A stretch of 64,000 nucleotides of DNA from an uncultured Gammaproteobacteria bacterium (GTDB lineage Bacteria > Patescibacteriota > Patescibacteriia > SBBC01 > CAIJZX01), in assembly GCA_964518425.1 (NCBI GenBank), contig CAZFGG010000002.1:8453-72452 (forward strand), given 5' to 3'. This document shows, one piece after another, positions 19,334 to 28,751 of the stretch. The position numbers and the translations under genes were made by a program. Within the stretch, counting starts at the first letter, position 1; every line of letters starts with the position of its first letter. The notes under the pieces were generated by a model. It saw only the letters and a program-made list of their open reading frames with translations. It did no database searches and was not told the origin of the DNA.

Positions 19334-20858
19334 TCAATTGATTCAACTTTTTCTTGATCTTTGCCCAGGGAAACTGCCCGCGGTACAATGTCGCTTTGAT
19401 CGAGGTGAGACCGACTTCATAACCGTTCATTTGTAGACCAGGCGTATCAATACGGAAGGTCAAGAGTTTACCCTCAACACCTGAGAGTTTTAAGTTGTCC
19501 ACCGGGAAGCTGCCAGTAACGACGACTGGGTCTTTTGAATTTCTGGGAATATACTTGGCCAAGAGGTAGTCAAAGGGGTCAAGATTTGGGGACGGATACA
19601 AACTCACTGGCGTCCCTCCGACCGGAAGTAAGGTGAATGGCGTCAGGGTTAAGAATCGGTCGCTCGTCAGGACAATATCAGGCTTAGCAATGGTCACTGA
19701 GGTTATCCCCTGCAGCCCGTCAACCCTGACTGGTTGGCGGACGTCATGAAGATTTATTTTTTTCCCCCCTATGCTCAACGATTGTTTCCCGGGGTCATGG
19801 TCAGCACTCGCACTGAGTAGGGTACCATTGGTCAGAACCGTGGCCGGACGAAAAGTCGCATCAGAAATATAAGACGGCCCTTCGGCAAGATAGATTTCAC
19901 CACTGAATGAGAGATTCTGCTGCCAGCTCGTTAGATTAGAAAGTAAGAGATCATTATGGGCGGTAATGGTAACGTGGTAAACACCGGCGGTTACGCCGGG
20001 AACGAGCACGTCTATTAACCGCGGGGAACTAGGCCGGCCTAGACCATTAACAATACCATCGTCGTCGACGACCTGGCGGTGAATTACGACTGGATCATTA
20101 TCCACCCCATCGATTTTCTGTATAATGATTCCCATCGTAGCTTTCTTCTTGGTCCGATTGAGATCAACCACGTTGAATTGGAAATGGAGATCTTCATTTG
20201 CAGCATAGATGTAGAGTTGCTGGCTGCCACGGAAGGTATGGGGGGTGGTGAGAGGTTGAGTTAAGGGCTGATAATGGGCTAGCCGGACCAAGCTCATTGG
20301 GTCAGCCCCGATGACCGCAGTTCTACTCGCCGCCGCTGGATCAGATAGAACCTGATCAAATGTCGCATATTGTCGAACCGGCAATATTTTCTTTTTGTCT
20401 TTCCCATTAACCCGGTTTGGGCGTTGCCAAAGAGTTACTTCATTGACTGTCGCCCTATTCCATTTCAGGGTATTTAATAAGGATGAGTCGGCCAGGACCG
20501 GCATATCTCCGAGAGTTCCTCGACCAACAGCCGTGAGGTATACGACCGGGGCATTAGTATTTTGGAGTTTCGCTATGATGGAAATGCTCTGAATCAAGCG
20601 AGGAATATGGACGCTAAACGGAGTGGTGTCGGTAGTGATTTGCCACGGAATCAAGGGATTTGCCGTCCGGACAAGTTGTGTCCCCGGAGTAATTACTCTT
20701 GGCAACTGACCGGCAGAATAATGATACGTCTGACGCGAAGTTAAGGCATAATTCTTATTGACGAGAGACAAAAAAATCATGGTCGGAAGAGCCAGAATTA
20801 CAATCTTAATTATTGTTGACCAGGTTCGAGATCTTCTTGGGAGAAAAGAAAGTCGCAT
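19326..20858 (-). CDS. Membrane-anchored extracytoplasmic hypothetical protein (first gene of the GT-C operon)
   Basis: 510 aa. N-terminal TM IIKIVILALPTMIFLSLV, then a large beta-rich domain. No recognised family. Confidence 0.45.
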   Translation of the reverse strand: MRLSFLPRRSRTWSTIIKIVILALPTMIFLSLVNKNYALTSRQTYHYSAGQLPRVITPGTQLVRTANPLIPWQITTDTTPFSVHIPRLIQSISIIAKLQNTNAPVVYLTAVGRGTLGDMPVLADSSLLNTLKWNRATVNEVTLWQRPNRVNGKDKKKILPVRQYATFDQVLSDPAAASRTAVIGADPMSLVRLAHYQPLTQPLTTPHTFRGSQQLYIYAANEDLHFQFNVVDLNRTKKKATMGIIIQKIDGVDNDPVVIHRQVVDDDGIVNGLGRPSSPRLIDVLVPGVTAGVYHVTITAHNDLLLSNLTSWQQNLSFSGEIYLAEGPSYISDATFRPATVLTNGTLLSASADHDPGKQSLSIGGKKINLHDVRQPVRVDGLQGITSVTIAKPDIVLTSDRFLTLTPFTLLPVGGTPVSLYPSPNLDPFDYLLAKYIPRNSKDPVVVTGSFPVDNLKLSGVEGKLLTFRIDTPGLQMNGYEVGLTSIKATLYRGQFPWAKIKKKLNQLID

Positions 20859-20896
20859 ATGGAGTAGACCAACAGTATACCAGGAAAGTTGATTCG

Positions 20897-20922
20897 AGAA
20901 AAAGTGACCTCATCCGAGGTCA
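20897..20922 (-). terminator. Rho-independent terminator (11-bp perfect stem, GGAU loop, U-run) immediately after the small ORF
   Basis: Minus strand: AAAGUGACCUC-GGAU-GAGGUCACUUU then UUCUCG. Begins at the stop codon of the 66-aa ORF. Confidence 0.5.
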
Positions 20923-21120
20923 CTTTGGTTGAATGGTGCGAACTTGAGGGTCCTCGACAAAGAGGTTTTGTCCATACTGCTGGCGCAGGTCGCTGATGAC
21001 CTTGGCCAGTGCCGTTTCTGGGGTCCGGGCCTGATCCAAGTGAACCTCTCGCTGGCCCGGTCCAGCGATACGATGACCAACGCCGCAGCGGGTCAACTTC
21101 GCCCATGATACTAAGAACAT
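20920..21120 (-). CDS. Orphan small protein (66 aa) of unknown function
   Basis: Starts at the second Met: MFLVSWAKLTRCGVGHRIAGPGQREVHLDQARTPETALAKVISDLRQQYGQNLFVEDPQVRTIQPK. GGAGG SD 5 nt upstream (the track's MEEK start is the SD read as codons). Own TTGACT-N16-TACTCT promoter upstream and own terminator downstream. Confidence 0.45.
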   Translation of the reverse strand: MFLVSWAKLTRCGVGHRIAGPGQREVHLDQARTPETALAKVISDLRQQYGQNLFVEDPQVRTIQPK

Positions 21121-21313
21121 TTTCTCCTCCAATATTTCTCTCCAAAAACCGTGCCTCGATTTAGCAAGAGTACTCCCGAGGTTGATAAAGTCAAGAATTC
21201 TGTTTTTCGAAACCTTGACAGAGATTCTCTTTCCTGGTAGTCATGATGAGATATCATGCACCTTGAAATTTTTGAAGTTTCTCTGAGGCTCTTCGTGTTG
21301 GAGCCTTTTCACT

Positions 21314-22246
21314 ATGGAGGGTGCCGTGGAAACTCCTCGCCCAAAGCGATTCGCTATGACTGGCATCGCCGGCTACATCGCACCGCGACATCTCCAGGCC
21401 ATTCAAGCCGTGGGAGGTGAGCTCATCTGCGTTCTTGATCCGCATAGCTCAGTCGGGATCCTCGATCGGTACGGATTCGACCAGACCGAGTACTACAGTG
21501 AACCAGAGCGATTTGCTCGCAAGCTGAGCAAGCTGCAGAATCGCGACGAAGGCATCGATTACCTGTCCGTTTGCAGCCCGAACTACCTGCACGACGCACA
21601 TTGTCGAATGGGCCTTGACAATGGAGCTGACGTGATCTGTGAAAAACCGGTGGTTATCAAGCCCGGCAACCTGTCGGAGTTAACCGCCCACGAGGCCAGA
21701 ACTGGGCATAGGATTTGGACTGTCCTACAGATGCGACACCACGCTGAGACCGATCGAATGCGCCAAGCAGTCGCTCAAGGTCATCACCAGGTCAAGCTGG
21801 ACTACAGTACACCCCGCGGCAAATGGTATCAGTACACCTGGAAGGGTGACCCAGAACGTTCCGGCGGTCTGATCACCAATATCGGTATCCATTTTCTGGA
21901 TCTCCTGATGTGGGTCTTTGGTCCGTGCACCGAGTTCACGGTCAATGAACGTTGGCCCGACCGAGTCTCTGGCCGTCTCAAGATAGAACGAGCCAACGTT
22001 GAATGGCGCCTGTCCATTGGTCAGGGCGAACGCCAGCGCTCGTTTGAGGTGAACAACGCGGGTTACAACTACACCACCGGGTTCGATGACCTCCATACGG
22101 CCGTCTACCAAGAGATCTTGGCGGGTCGCGGGTTCGGTGTCATCGATGCTCGACCGTCGGTCGAACTGGCCTGGGCTATCCAACATGCTCCTCTCAATCA
22201 GCCAACCAGGCCGGATTCGGCAATCCCTAGCGTGACTCGCATCTAG
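21314..22246 (+). CDS. Gfo/Idh/MocA-family NAD(P)-dependent sugar oxidoreductase
   Basis: N-terminal Rossmann GIAGYIAPRHLQAIQAVGGELICVLDP. Catalytic EKP (ICEKPVV). C-terminal GFOR fold. Probable start is MTGIAG. Confidence 0.75.
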   Translation: MEGAVETPRPKRFAMTGIAGYIAPRHLQAIQAVGGELICVLDPHSSVGILDRYGFDQTEYYSEPERFARKLSKLQNRDEGIDYLSVCSPNYLHDAHCRMGLDNGADVICEKPVVIKPGNLSELTAHEARTGHRIWTVLQMRHHAETDRMRQAVAQGHHQVKLDYSTPRGKWYQYTWKGDPERSGGLITNIGIHFLDLLMWVFGPCTEFTVNERWPDRVSGRLKIERANVEWRLSIGQGERQRSFEVNNAGYNYTTGFDDLHTAVYQEILAGRGFGVIDARPSVELAWAIQHAPLNQPTRPDSAIPSVTRI

Positions 22247-22268
22247 AGTCACGCTTTTTCTTTTCGAC
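22228..22268 (+). terminator. Rho-independent terminator overlapping the stop codon of the oxidoreductase gene
   Basis: AGCGUGACUC-gcaucuag-GAGUCACGCU (10-bp perfect stem; the loop contains the TAG stop), followed by UUUUUCUUUUCG. Confidence 0.6.
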
Positions 22269-22375
22269 AGTTTATTGTGCAAGGTTTCGGTCAAGGTATG
22301 ATTCGACGCTAACCCTAGGTCGAATGTAATCAATCTGTACCGCTCTGATTTCAGGATTGTTTTCCAAGGCGAAAT

Positions 22376-23968
22376 ATGATATATTTTTCAACCGTTACTA
22401 CCCTTTACCTCTCCATGGTTGAATCAACATCTGCTGACCAACATTATCCTACGGCCTCAACTGCGGCGTTGAATACCGTCCGCAGTTTTGCCAATTCAGC
22501 CCTGACGCTCGTTGGTGGAATAACGACGTCGCTCATCATCGCCCGAAGTCTTGGACCAGACCGCTTGGGTCAGTTTTCTTATCTTTCTTTTATCACTAAT
22601 TTGGTCGTGACGATCCTGACCCTTGGCTTAAGCGGTACTATAACTAAATTCGTCTCCGAATTTAGTGGAAAATTCGGTCAGTCCGTCGTCAGTGGTTTGT
22701 ATCGCTGGTTGCGTCGAATTGCTCCGATTGCCGCAGTGGCCGTGGCTACTGCCATCTCGCTAACGCTGTTAGCAGTGAATCCTCGTTGGCATTTTTCATC
22801 ACTGACTATTGCGTCGGCTGCCCTCTTGGGCGTATTTATCTATCTTGCGACGATGTGGCGGAGCGTAGCTCAGGGACAGCAATCTTTTTCTACTCTCCTG
22901 CGGGTGAACATTTGGAGCTCGTGGTTAGGGTTAACGTCCGCGCTGCTCGTCTTATGGCTTCATCCAACCGTCACTGCCTATATTTGGGTCATGGCTCTAC
23001 CGTTGGTAATGGCCGTTTTCGCACTCTTCAAGTCTTTACGTTTTCTCCAACGTATTCCGGCCGACAATCAAGAAATCCGACGACAAGTCAAATCTATGCG
23101 GGCATACCTCTGGCCAGTGGCTGTGATCAGTATTCTTGATATGATTGTCTGGCAGTACTCCGAAGTTCTCATTCTCGGTTGGTTCCGTAGTAGCGCCGAA
23201 GTGGCCTACTACGCCGTGGCGTTCAATATTGCTTCCGTCGCGATCACCACCGTCGCCTCTTCATTCGATGCGGTTTTTTTTCCGACCATTTCAACCCTGT
23301 ATGGCTTGGACGATCACGAGCGCATTCGATCGGCGAGCAGCGCCGGCTTACGATTTCTCGTTTTCTTACTCATCCCGTTGTGTTTCCTTCTGACGGTCAT
23401 GGCCCCTGGCATCATCCGTGCCCTGTACGGAGCAGCCTACTCTCCTGCTATTGCTATCACACCGGTGCTTATTTTCTCAGCCGGTTTCGGACGGATTTCC
23501 GGTATTGCCTCAAGTATCATGTACTCCTTGCATCGCCAAAAAATCATGCTTCGGATTATGTTCGTCATCGCAATCGTAAATATTTCATTGGATTTTATCC
23601 TCATCCCCAAATTCGGAATCTTGGGAGCAGCCCTCGCAAACGGGGTAGCACAAATTATCATCACCGTCCTCTCACTGGTGGTTATGCGCTCTCTAACGAA
23701 GCACATTGGGTCTTGGGGCATCTACCTCCGTCCCTTAGCCGCCAGCTTACCAGCGGTCTTCCTCGCGTGGCTGATATCCTCACTCATCCCTAATCTCGTC
23801 GGGGTTCTCTTGGGAGGACTGGCTGGCGGCTTTGTTTTCTTGTTCGCCGCGCGCTGGACAAAAGCCATTCGCCCATCCGATCGACAGTTGTTTGATGCTA
23901 TTGGTCAACGTCTCCCGAATCGGATCCAAAGACTTTACCAGCTCACTCTTGTATCCATATTCCGATGA
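22376..23968 (+). CDS. Polysaccharide biosynthesis protein, Wzx-like MOP-superfamily flippase
   Basis: About 14 TM. Two-repeat PST-family architecture. Within a glycan locus. Confidence 0.6.
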   Translation: MIYFSTVTTLYLSMVESTSADQHYPTASTAALNTVRSFANSALTLVGGITTSLIIARSLGPDRLGQFSYLSFITNLVVTILTLGLSGTITKFVSEFSGKFGQSVVSGLYRWLRRIAPIAAVAVATAISLTLLAVNPRWHFSSLTIASAALLGVFIYLATMWRSVAQGQQSFSTLLRVNIWSSWLGLTSALLVLWLHPTVTAYIWVMALPLVMAVFALFKSLRFLQRIPADNQEIRRQVKSMRAYLWPVAVISILDMIVWQYSEVLILGWFRSSAEVAYYAVAFNIASVAITTVASSFDAVFFPTISTLYGLDDHERIRSASSAGLRFLVFLLIPLCFLLTVMAPGIIRALYGAAYSPAIAITPVLIFSAGFGRISGIASSIMYSLHRQKIMLRIMFVIAIVNISLDFILIPKFGILGAALANGVAQIIITVLSLVVMRSLTKHIGSWGIYLRPLAASLPAVFLAWLISSLIPNLVGVLLGGLAGGFVFLFAARWTKAIRPSDRQLFDAIGQRLPNRIQRLYQLTLVSIFR

Positions 23969-24993
23969 ACCAACGCCCTAGGACTACAATCGTTGGAGCT
24001 GGAAACATCAGCCTGAGTGTTCACTTACCAGTATTCAAACGGCTAGGAGTAGACGTCCAGACGATCATTGATCCGTCACCAGTTGCTCTCAAGCGGGCCC
24101 ATCGCTTTTTCCCGCAGGCCACATACCTTTCCCGAATAGAACCTGATGCCCATGGCAATGAGTGTGTTTTGATCGCCTCGCCAACTGCCTTGCACGCAGA
24201 ACAAGTCGAGCATTACTTGAGGGCAGGTGCTCATGTCCTGTGCGAGAAACCGTTGGCGACAGATGCCGCGGTCGCGACTACCCTCGTTAAGTTAGCCCAG
24301 GAAAAAAACGCAGTTCTTCGCGTCGGCTATGTCCGCCGATATCACGAAGCAAGTCAGACCATTAAATTAATGATAGCCGATCAGCGATTTGGACCCTTGG
24401 AAACAATTACAGTTGTCGCTGGACATCAGGCCGCTGGGCTACCAGCTTCGATGATGAACCCAAAGTTAGCGGGAGGAGGAGTAACTATAGATTTTGGCGT
24501 TCACGTGCTCGACAGTCTAAGATTTTGGCTGGATGAGCCACTCCACCTTCGTTCGTATGCAGATAATAATCTGGGCGGAATCGAATCGGACTCGTATATC
24601 CAACTGCACGGAACGCACAAAGGGCAGACGATACCGATTGATGTCCAACTGAGCCGAACAATAGACCTGGGCTATGTGGCCTTGGTGGTTTTTCGTGAAG
24701 CAATGGTGAGATATGAATTCGATACAGGCTATGCCCTACATGTTCTACCTCGCCAGCAACCGCCCACGAGCGCAAGTCCATACGCCAGACTGGAACAAGT
24801 TGCCCCACCGACTGACGCTTATGCCTATTTTGCCCGGCAGTGGCAAGATTTTGAGTCCAGCATTACTGGACAGAAAAGTGCCCTAGCGGATTTAGGATCA
24901 GCCGTTGAAGTCACACGTTTAGTCGCCGAGGCCTATGGGAAGAGACAGCCCTTGAAATTTGCGTTTGAAGAACTCTTTTCAACTCCGTTATGA
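23965..24993 (+). CDS. Gfo/Idh/MocA-family oxidoreductase (second copy)
   Basis: TIVGAGNISLSVHLPVFKRLG...VLCEKPLA (EKP motif). Start overlaps the flippase stop. Confidence 0.7.
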   Translation: MNQRPRTTIVGAGNISLSVHLPVFKRLGVDVQTIIDPSPVALKRAHRFFPQATYLSRIEPDAHGNECVLIASPTALHAEQVEHYLRAGAHVLCEKPLATDAAVATTLVKLAQEKNAVLRVGYVRRYHEASQTIKLMIADQRFGPLETITVVAGHQAAGLPASMMNPKLAGGGVTIDFGVHVLDSLRFWLDEPLHLRSYADNNLGGIESDSYIQLHGTHKGQTIPIDVQLSRTIDLGYVALVVFREAMVRYEFDTGYALHVLPRQQPPTSASPYARLEQVAPPTDAYAYFARQWQDFESSITGQKSALADLGSAVEVTRLVAEAYGKRQPLKFAFEELFSTPL

Positions 24994-26156
24994 AAATTGC
25001 TATCCTCGGCGCGTCGGGATCAGTTGGGGGTTGGGTGAGTCAGCGCTTGCTTGAAGCCGGACAGCAGCCCCGATTGATTGTTCGGAATTCCTTGGGCAAT
25101 CGATTGAGTCGTCGTAATAACCTCGATGTACGCCGATGCAATTTTTTAGATGTCGCCGCGCTGACCGAGGCCTTGCATGGAGTAGACGCCGTGATCAACT
25201 GCGTCATTGATAAGAACCCAGCTTTCGTGGAAGCTGACCTGGTCCCCCAAAATGTTAAGGTGTTACGGTCGATTGTGCATGCCGCGGCGTCAGCAAAAAT
25301 CTCAACGTTCGTACATGTCAGCAGTATCGTGGTTAAGCCGCCCCGATTAAGTGAAGATACACGTAAAAATGTCTGGCAATTTTCAACCGAGCGCGATTGG
25401 TATAGCCGAGCAAAGATCGCTACTGAAGAATTTTTGCGTCAGACCCATTTGCCGTTCGCCTGGACTATGGTTCGAGCTGGAATTATTACCGGTCCAGAAA
25501 GCGGCTGGTCGACGCTTGGCTTTGGCGCGAGTAAAGACATTATCTGTTTACCAGAGAACGTGCCCTCACTCTGTCACGTTGTTGATATTGATGATTTTTC
25601 CCGCCTACTCATCCATCTAGCTCAGCGGCGAGTTTTACCGCCGATTATCTACGGGATTAATCCAGAAATTGTTACCTGGGAGCACTTCTACAGATCCTAC
25701 GCAGGGGCCGTTGATGCTGAGCTGATGTTGATTAAGCTCCCTCGAAGCGAACTAGAGGCTCATGCTCAACGTCCCTCGTTCAAGCAAGAGCTCCTTCCTT
25801 GGGGAGCAAAATCGCCAATTATTAGCCGAGCAATTCGGTCTCCTATTGTGTTTAAACTCGCAAAAGCAGTCGTCCTTCGCATGGGCTGGCAGTTTCTCTT
25901 AGATGCTCCCCCCCAGGTCATCTCCGGGTCCCGAACAATTTCCTGGCCTGGACAATTCCGCCTTGAACAATACCTGAGTGACGCGAAGTTTAGTTCCGAA
26001 GAGACTGGAGCGACTGATGGATTCACTTACCGGATGTCGTTTCAAGAGTCTCTTGCTTGGGCTGCCAAATGGTGGCGAGCGGAAAAATCGATCGATGTCC
26101 GGCTGCCAAGTGAAACACAGCAACTCTTCCGATTGGCGCGACGTGCGATTAGATAA
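24990..26156 (+). CDS. NAD-dependent epimerase/dehydratase family (SDR) protein
   Basis: MKIAILGASGSVGGWVSQRLL Rossmann motif; YxxxK region. Confidence 0.6.
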   Translation: MKIAILGASGSVGGWVSQRLLEAGQQPRLIVRNSLGNRLSRRNNLDVRRCNFLDVAALTEALHGVDAVINCVIDKNPAFVEADLVPQNVKVLRSIVHAAASAKISTFVHVSSIVVKPPRLSEDTRKNVWQFSTERDWYSRAKIATEEFLRQTHLPFAWTMVRAGIITGPESGWSTLGFGASKDIICLPENVPSLCHVVDIDDFSRLLIHLAQRRVLPPIIYGINPEIVTWEHFYRSYAGAVDAELMLIKLPRSELEAHAQRPSFKQELLPWGAKSPIISRAIRSPIVFKLAKAVVLRMGWQFLLDAPPQVISGSRTISWPGQFRLEQYLSDAKFSSEETGATDGFTYRMSFQESLAWAAKWWRAEKSIDVRLPSETQQLFRLARRAIR

Positions 26157-26160
26157 CGTC

Positions 26161-27099
26161 ATGCGATTACCACTGCAAACTTCCGTCATCATCTGTACCC
26201 TGGGTCGGGAAATGTCAGTCGTAGAGTGTTTAGATTCAATCAAAAAACAACTGGTGTTACCGTCCGAAGTGATTATCGTTGACGCGGCACCCGGGGTACA
26301 CCATCAACAATGGCGAAAGGTAGTTGAAGACAGATTTCCACTGCAGATCATAGAAACATCGGCTGGGTTAACCCATCAGCGTAACGTTGGCCTCGGGTAT
26401 GCCAAGGGAGATCTCATCGCTTTTTTTGATGACGATACAGTTTTAGAACCGGGCTGTTTGGCCGCGGTGATTGATGTTTTCGCGTCTGATCAGGAACAAA
26501 AGATAGGCGCGGTCTGTGGAAATATTACTGGGCAGCAACTTGTTTTTCGATCGCCGCTCTCACGATTACATGCCGTCGGTAGTCGAATTCTTTGTTTTAT
26601 TTTTTTTCTTTCTCGTCCTGGGAATGGGAATTTTTTACCCTCCGGCTTACCGACGTTTGTTCGACCAGGTCAGCGGCCAACTCGCGTCGAATGCTTGTAC
26701 GGTGCAGCCATGATATTTCGCGCTAATATTCTCAAGCGCGAGAAAAGTGATGAGCATTTAACGGCCTATGCCTATATGGAAGACGACGATCTGGCATACC
26801 GAGTGAGCCGACATCATGAAAATATATTTGTCCCCGCCGCTCGATTACAACATAACTCATCTCCAGCTAACCGACTTCGTCAAAGGGCTTTGGGTACGAT
26901 GTTCATTATTAACCATCACTATATTTTTCGAAAAAACTTTCCACAAGCAACATCATTCCGTTTAGCACATCTGCTGTCACTGATCGGTTACCCGTTACTG
27001 CAATTGTGGAATTTGAACCCCCGTCGAGCCGGTGGGGCAGTGCTGGGGTGGTGGTCTATTGTTTTTCGGTTAGACTCTTTATCAAAAATACAATTTTAG
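26161..27099 (+). CDS. Family 2 glycosyltransferase
   Basis: MRLPLQTSVIICTLGREM...EVIIVDAAPG, DD motif (FFDDDT), ED motif. The upstream in-frame extension in the ORF track overlaps the epimerase and is rejected. Confidence 0.7.
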   Translation: MRLPLQTSVIICTLGREMSVVECLDSIKKQLVLPSEVIIVDAAPGVHHQQWRKVVEDRFPLQIIETSAGLTHQRNVGLGYAKGDLIAFFDDDTVLEPGCLAAVIDVFASDQEQKIGAVCGNITGQQLVFRSPLSRLHAVGSRILCFIFFLSRPGNGNFLPSGLPTFVRPGQRPTRVECLYGAAMIFRANILKREKSDEHLTAYAYMEDDDLAYRVSRHHENIFVPAARLQHNSSPANRLRQRALGTMFIINHHYIFRKNFPQATSFRLAHLLSLIGYPLLQLWNLNPRRAGGAVLGWWSIVFRLDSLSKIQF

Positions 27100-27100
27100 T

Positions 27101-27757
27101 ATGAACCGAGTTCGGAGCGCGCTTTATCACCTTTGGTCAAAGTTTCTTCTCCGAATTTCCCGGAGAAAGTATTGGGAGATGCGCGCTAAAGATATCGACC
27201 TGGCCTATGGCCGCGATCAAGCTGACTTCCCCGTTGTGAAAAGAATTATCCACAAAATTGCTCCCCAACGGTTGCTGGATATTGGTTGCGGAACTGGTCG
27301 GCTTTTTCCTCTCTACCTTGAGGTCAGCATTCCGCAGGTCGTTGGCCAGGAATTAAGCACCTGGGCCCTTCAGCAAGCCCACCAACGATATCCCCAGGCC
27401 AGGTTTGAGCTGACTCACCAGCCGATCACCGCGTTGCCCTACCCGGAAAAGTACTTTGACCTGTGCATTTCTAATCGAGTCCTCTCGGCGATTCGTGTAT
27501 CAGACCTGCCCTCTGTTCTAAAAAAGATTGTACACATGAGTCGCTATTTTTACCTGAATGAGTTTAGCTTATCAGATGGTGGTCAACCTTCTTCGTATTG
27601 GTTCCGCCATGATTACCTGAAGATCCTAAAAAGTTTCTGTACCTTTACTGTCGTAGCAACCGGCCTGATTGAAAAACAAACGTACTACCTTTTCCGAATT
27701 GATTCTCTGCGCCCGGCGCTTAGCCCAGACGACCATTATTTGGCGCCAAAAAATTAG
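27101..27757 (+). CDS. Class I SAM-dependent methyltransferase
   Basis: LLDIGCGTGRLFPLYL motif I; acidic motif II. Confidence 0.6.
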   Translation: MNRVRSALYHLWSKFLLRISRRKYWEMRAKDIDLAYGRDQADFPVVKRIIHKIAPQRLLDIGCGTGRLFPLYLEVSIPQVVGQELSTWALQQAHQRYPQARFELTHQPITALPYPEKYFDLCISNRVLSAIRVSDLPSVLKKIVHMSRYFYLNEFSLSDGGQPSSYWFRHDYLKILKSFCTFTVVATGLIEKQTYYLFRIDSLRPALSPDDHYLAPKN

Positions 27758-27771
27758 TCTACGAAATATCT

Positions 27772-28674
27772 ATGGCCGCTCAAACGCTAGTCTCGAAAAT
27801 AATTTCATGCCCACTCTGCCAGAGTGAGAAGTTTTCAAAAAAATATGAATTTACAACCCCGGTACAGTATGAAATTGTTCGTTGCAAGCGCTGCGGGCTC
27901 GTGTACATGAACCCCCAACTTCCCGCGGCTGTTCTTGATAGTTTTTATTCAGACGAACGGTATTATACTGGCGGAGCGGCCTACACCTACAGCGATGAAC
28001 GACGAGCAAGGGCATCATATCGTCTATTGTTTCATTCCCGCCTTCGCTCAATTGAGCGATTCGCTTCAAAAGGAAATCTGCTTGATGTTGGGTGTTCGTT
28101 TGGAGGATTTCTTGAGTGTGCACGAGAACGAGGGTGGAATGTCTATGGCCTCGATGTTTCACAGCCGGTCATTGACCATGTGCAAGCGCTGGGCATTACG
28201 GCTTTCTGTGGTACTTTACGCCAATCGACGTACGCGGATAATTTTTTTGACTGCATAACTATGGTTGAGGTCGTTGAGCATTTGCCTGACCCCTTAGCCG
28301 ACTTGCGAACCTGCTTCCAAAAGCTAAAGCCGGGCGGCTGGCTCATCATACAAACAGGGAATATTGACTCCCTCTCTTCAAAGGTGCTCGGGAAAAAGTT
28401 TAGCTACTACTTACCGGGTCACGTCGTTTACTTCAGCCCAGCCACATTGACCCGTATGCTTCGTCAAGCGGGCTTTGGAAAATTCCATCAATTTGCCGGC
28501 GACGCGATCCCCTATTCCGATCGAATCCGATCAATTATCCTCAGCGAGCATACCTCAAAAGAGAAGGTTAAGCGGGTCACGCTTTGGACCGCCTATTATA
28601 TCGCTCGGAAAATTGTTTTCAACCGCCCAATTTTAGGTTCAATAACTATCTACGCAAAAAAACTAACAACGTGA
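27772..28674 (+). CDS. Class I SAM-dependent methyltransferase with N-terminal Cys4 zinc ribbon
   Basis: CPLCQSEKF...RCKRCGLVYMNP, then LLDVGCSFGGFLECARERGWNVYGLDVS. Paralog of the 33796-34662 product. Confidence 0.7.
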   Translation: MAAQTLVSKIISCPLCQSEKFSKKYEFTTPVQYEIVRCKRCGLVYMNPQLPAAVLDSFYSDERYYTGGAAYTYSDERRARASYRLLFHSRLRSIERFASKGNLLDVGCSFGGFLECARERGWNVYGLDVSQPVIDHVQALGITAFCGTLRQSTYADNFFDCITMVEVVEHLPDPLADLRTCFQKLKPGGWLIIQTGNIDSLSSKVLGKKFSYYLPGHVVYFSPATLTRMLRQAGFGKFHQFAGDAIPYSDRIRSIILSEHTSKEKVKRVTLWTAYYIARKIVFNRPILGSITIYAKKLTT

Positions 28675-28751
28675 GCAGTTCTCAACCACAACGCTAGACC
28701 TTGAAAAGAATGTCCAGATATGAGAGTATACAGAGGAAAAGCTGATTACGG

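Noticed and set aside
20810-21145. 111-aa ORF, and MEEK-extended version of the small ORF, in the 20.9-21.3 kb gap
   Set aside because: The 111-aa frame overlaps the start of the 510-aa gene and the terminator hairpin. The MEEK extension is explained by the GGAGGAGAAA Shine-Dalgarno read as codons. The shorter 66-aa frame with SD is preferred.
25978-26160. Upstream 61-codon extension of the GT2 gene overlapping the epimerase gene
   Set aside because: Typical GT2 N-terminus (MRLPLQTSVIICTLG) begins at the ATG at 26161, just after the epimerase stop. The extension would overlap a conserved gene by 180 nt.
26580-26645. T-rich low-complexity tract that superficially looks intergenic or repeat-like
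   Set aside because: It is in-frame coding sequence of the GT2 (ILCFIFFLSRPGNGNF, a hydrophobic segment). No frameshift needed.
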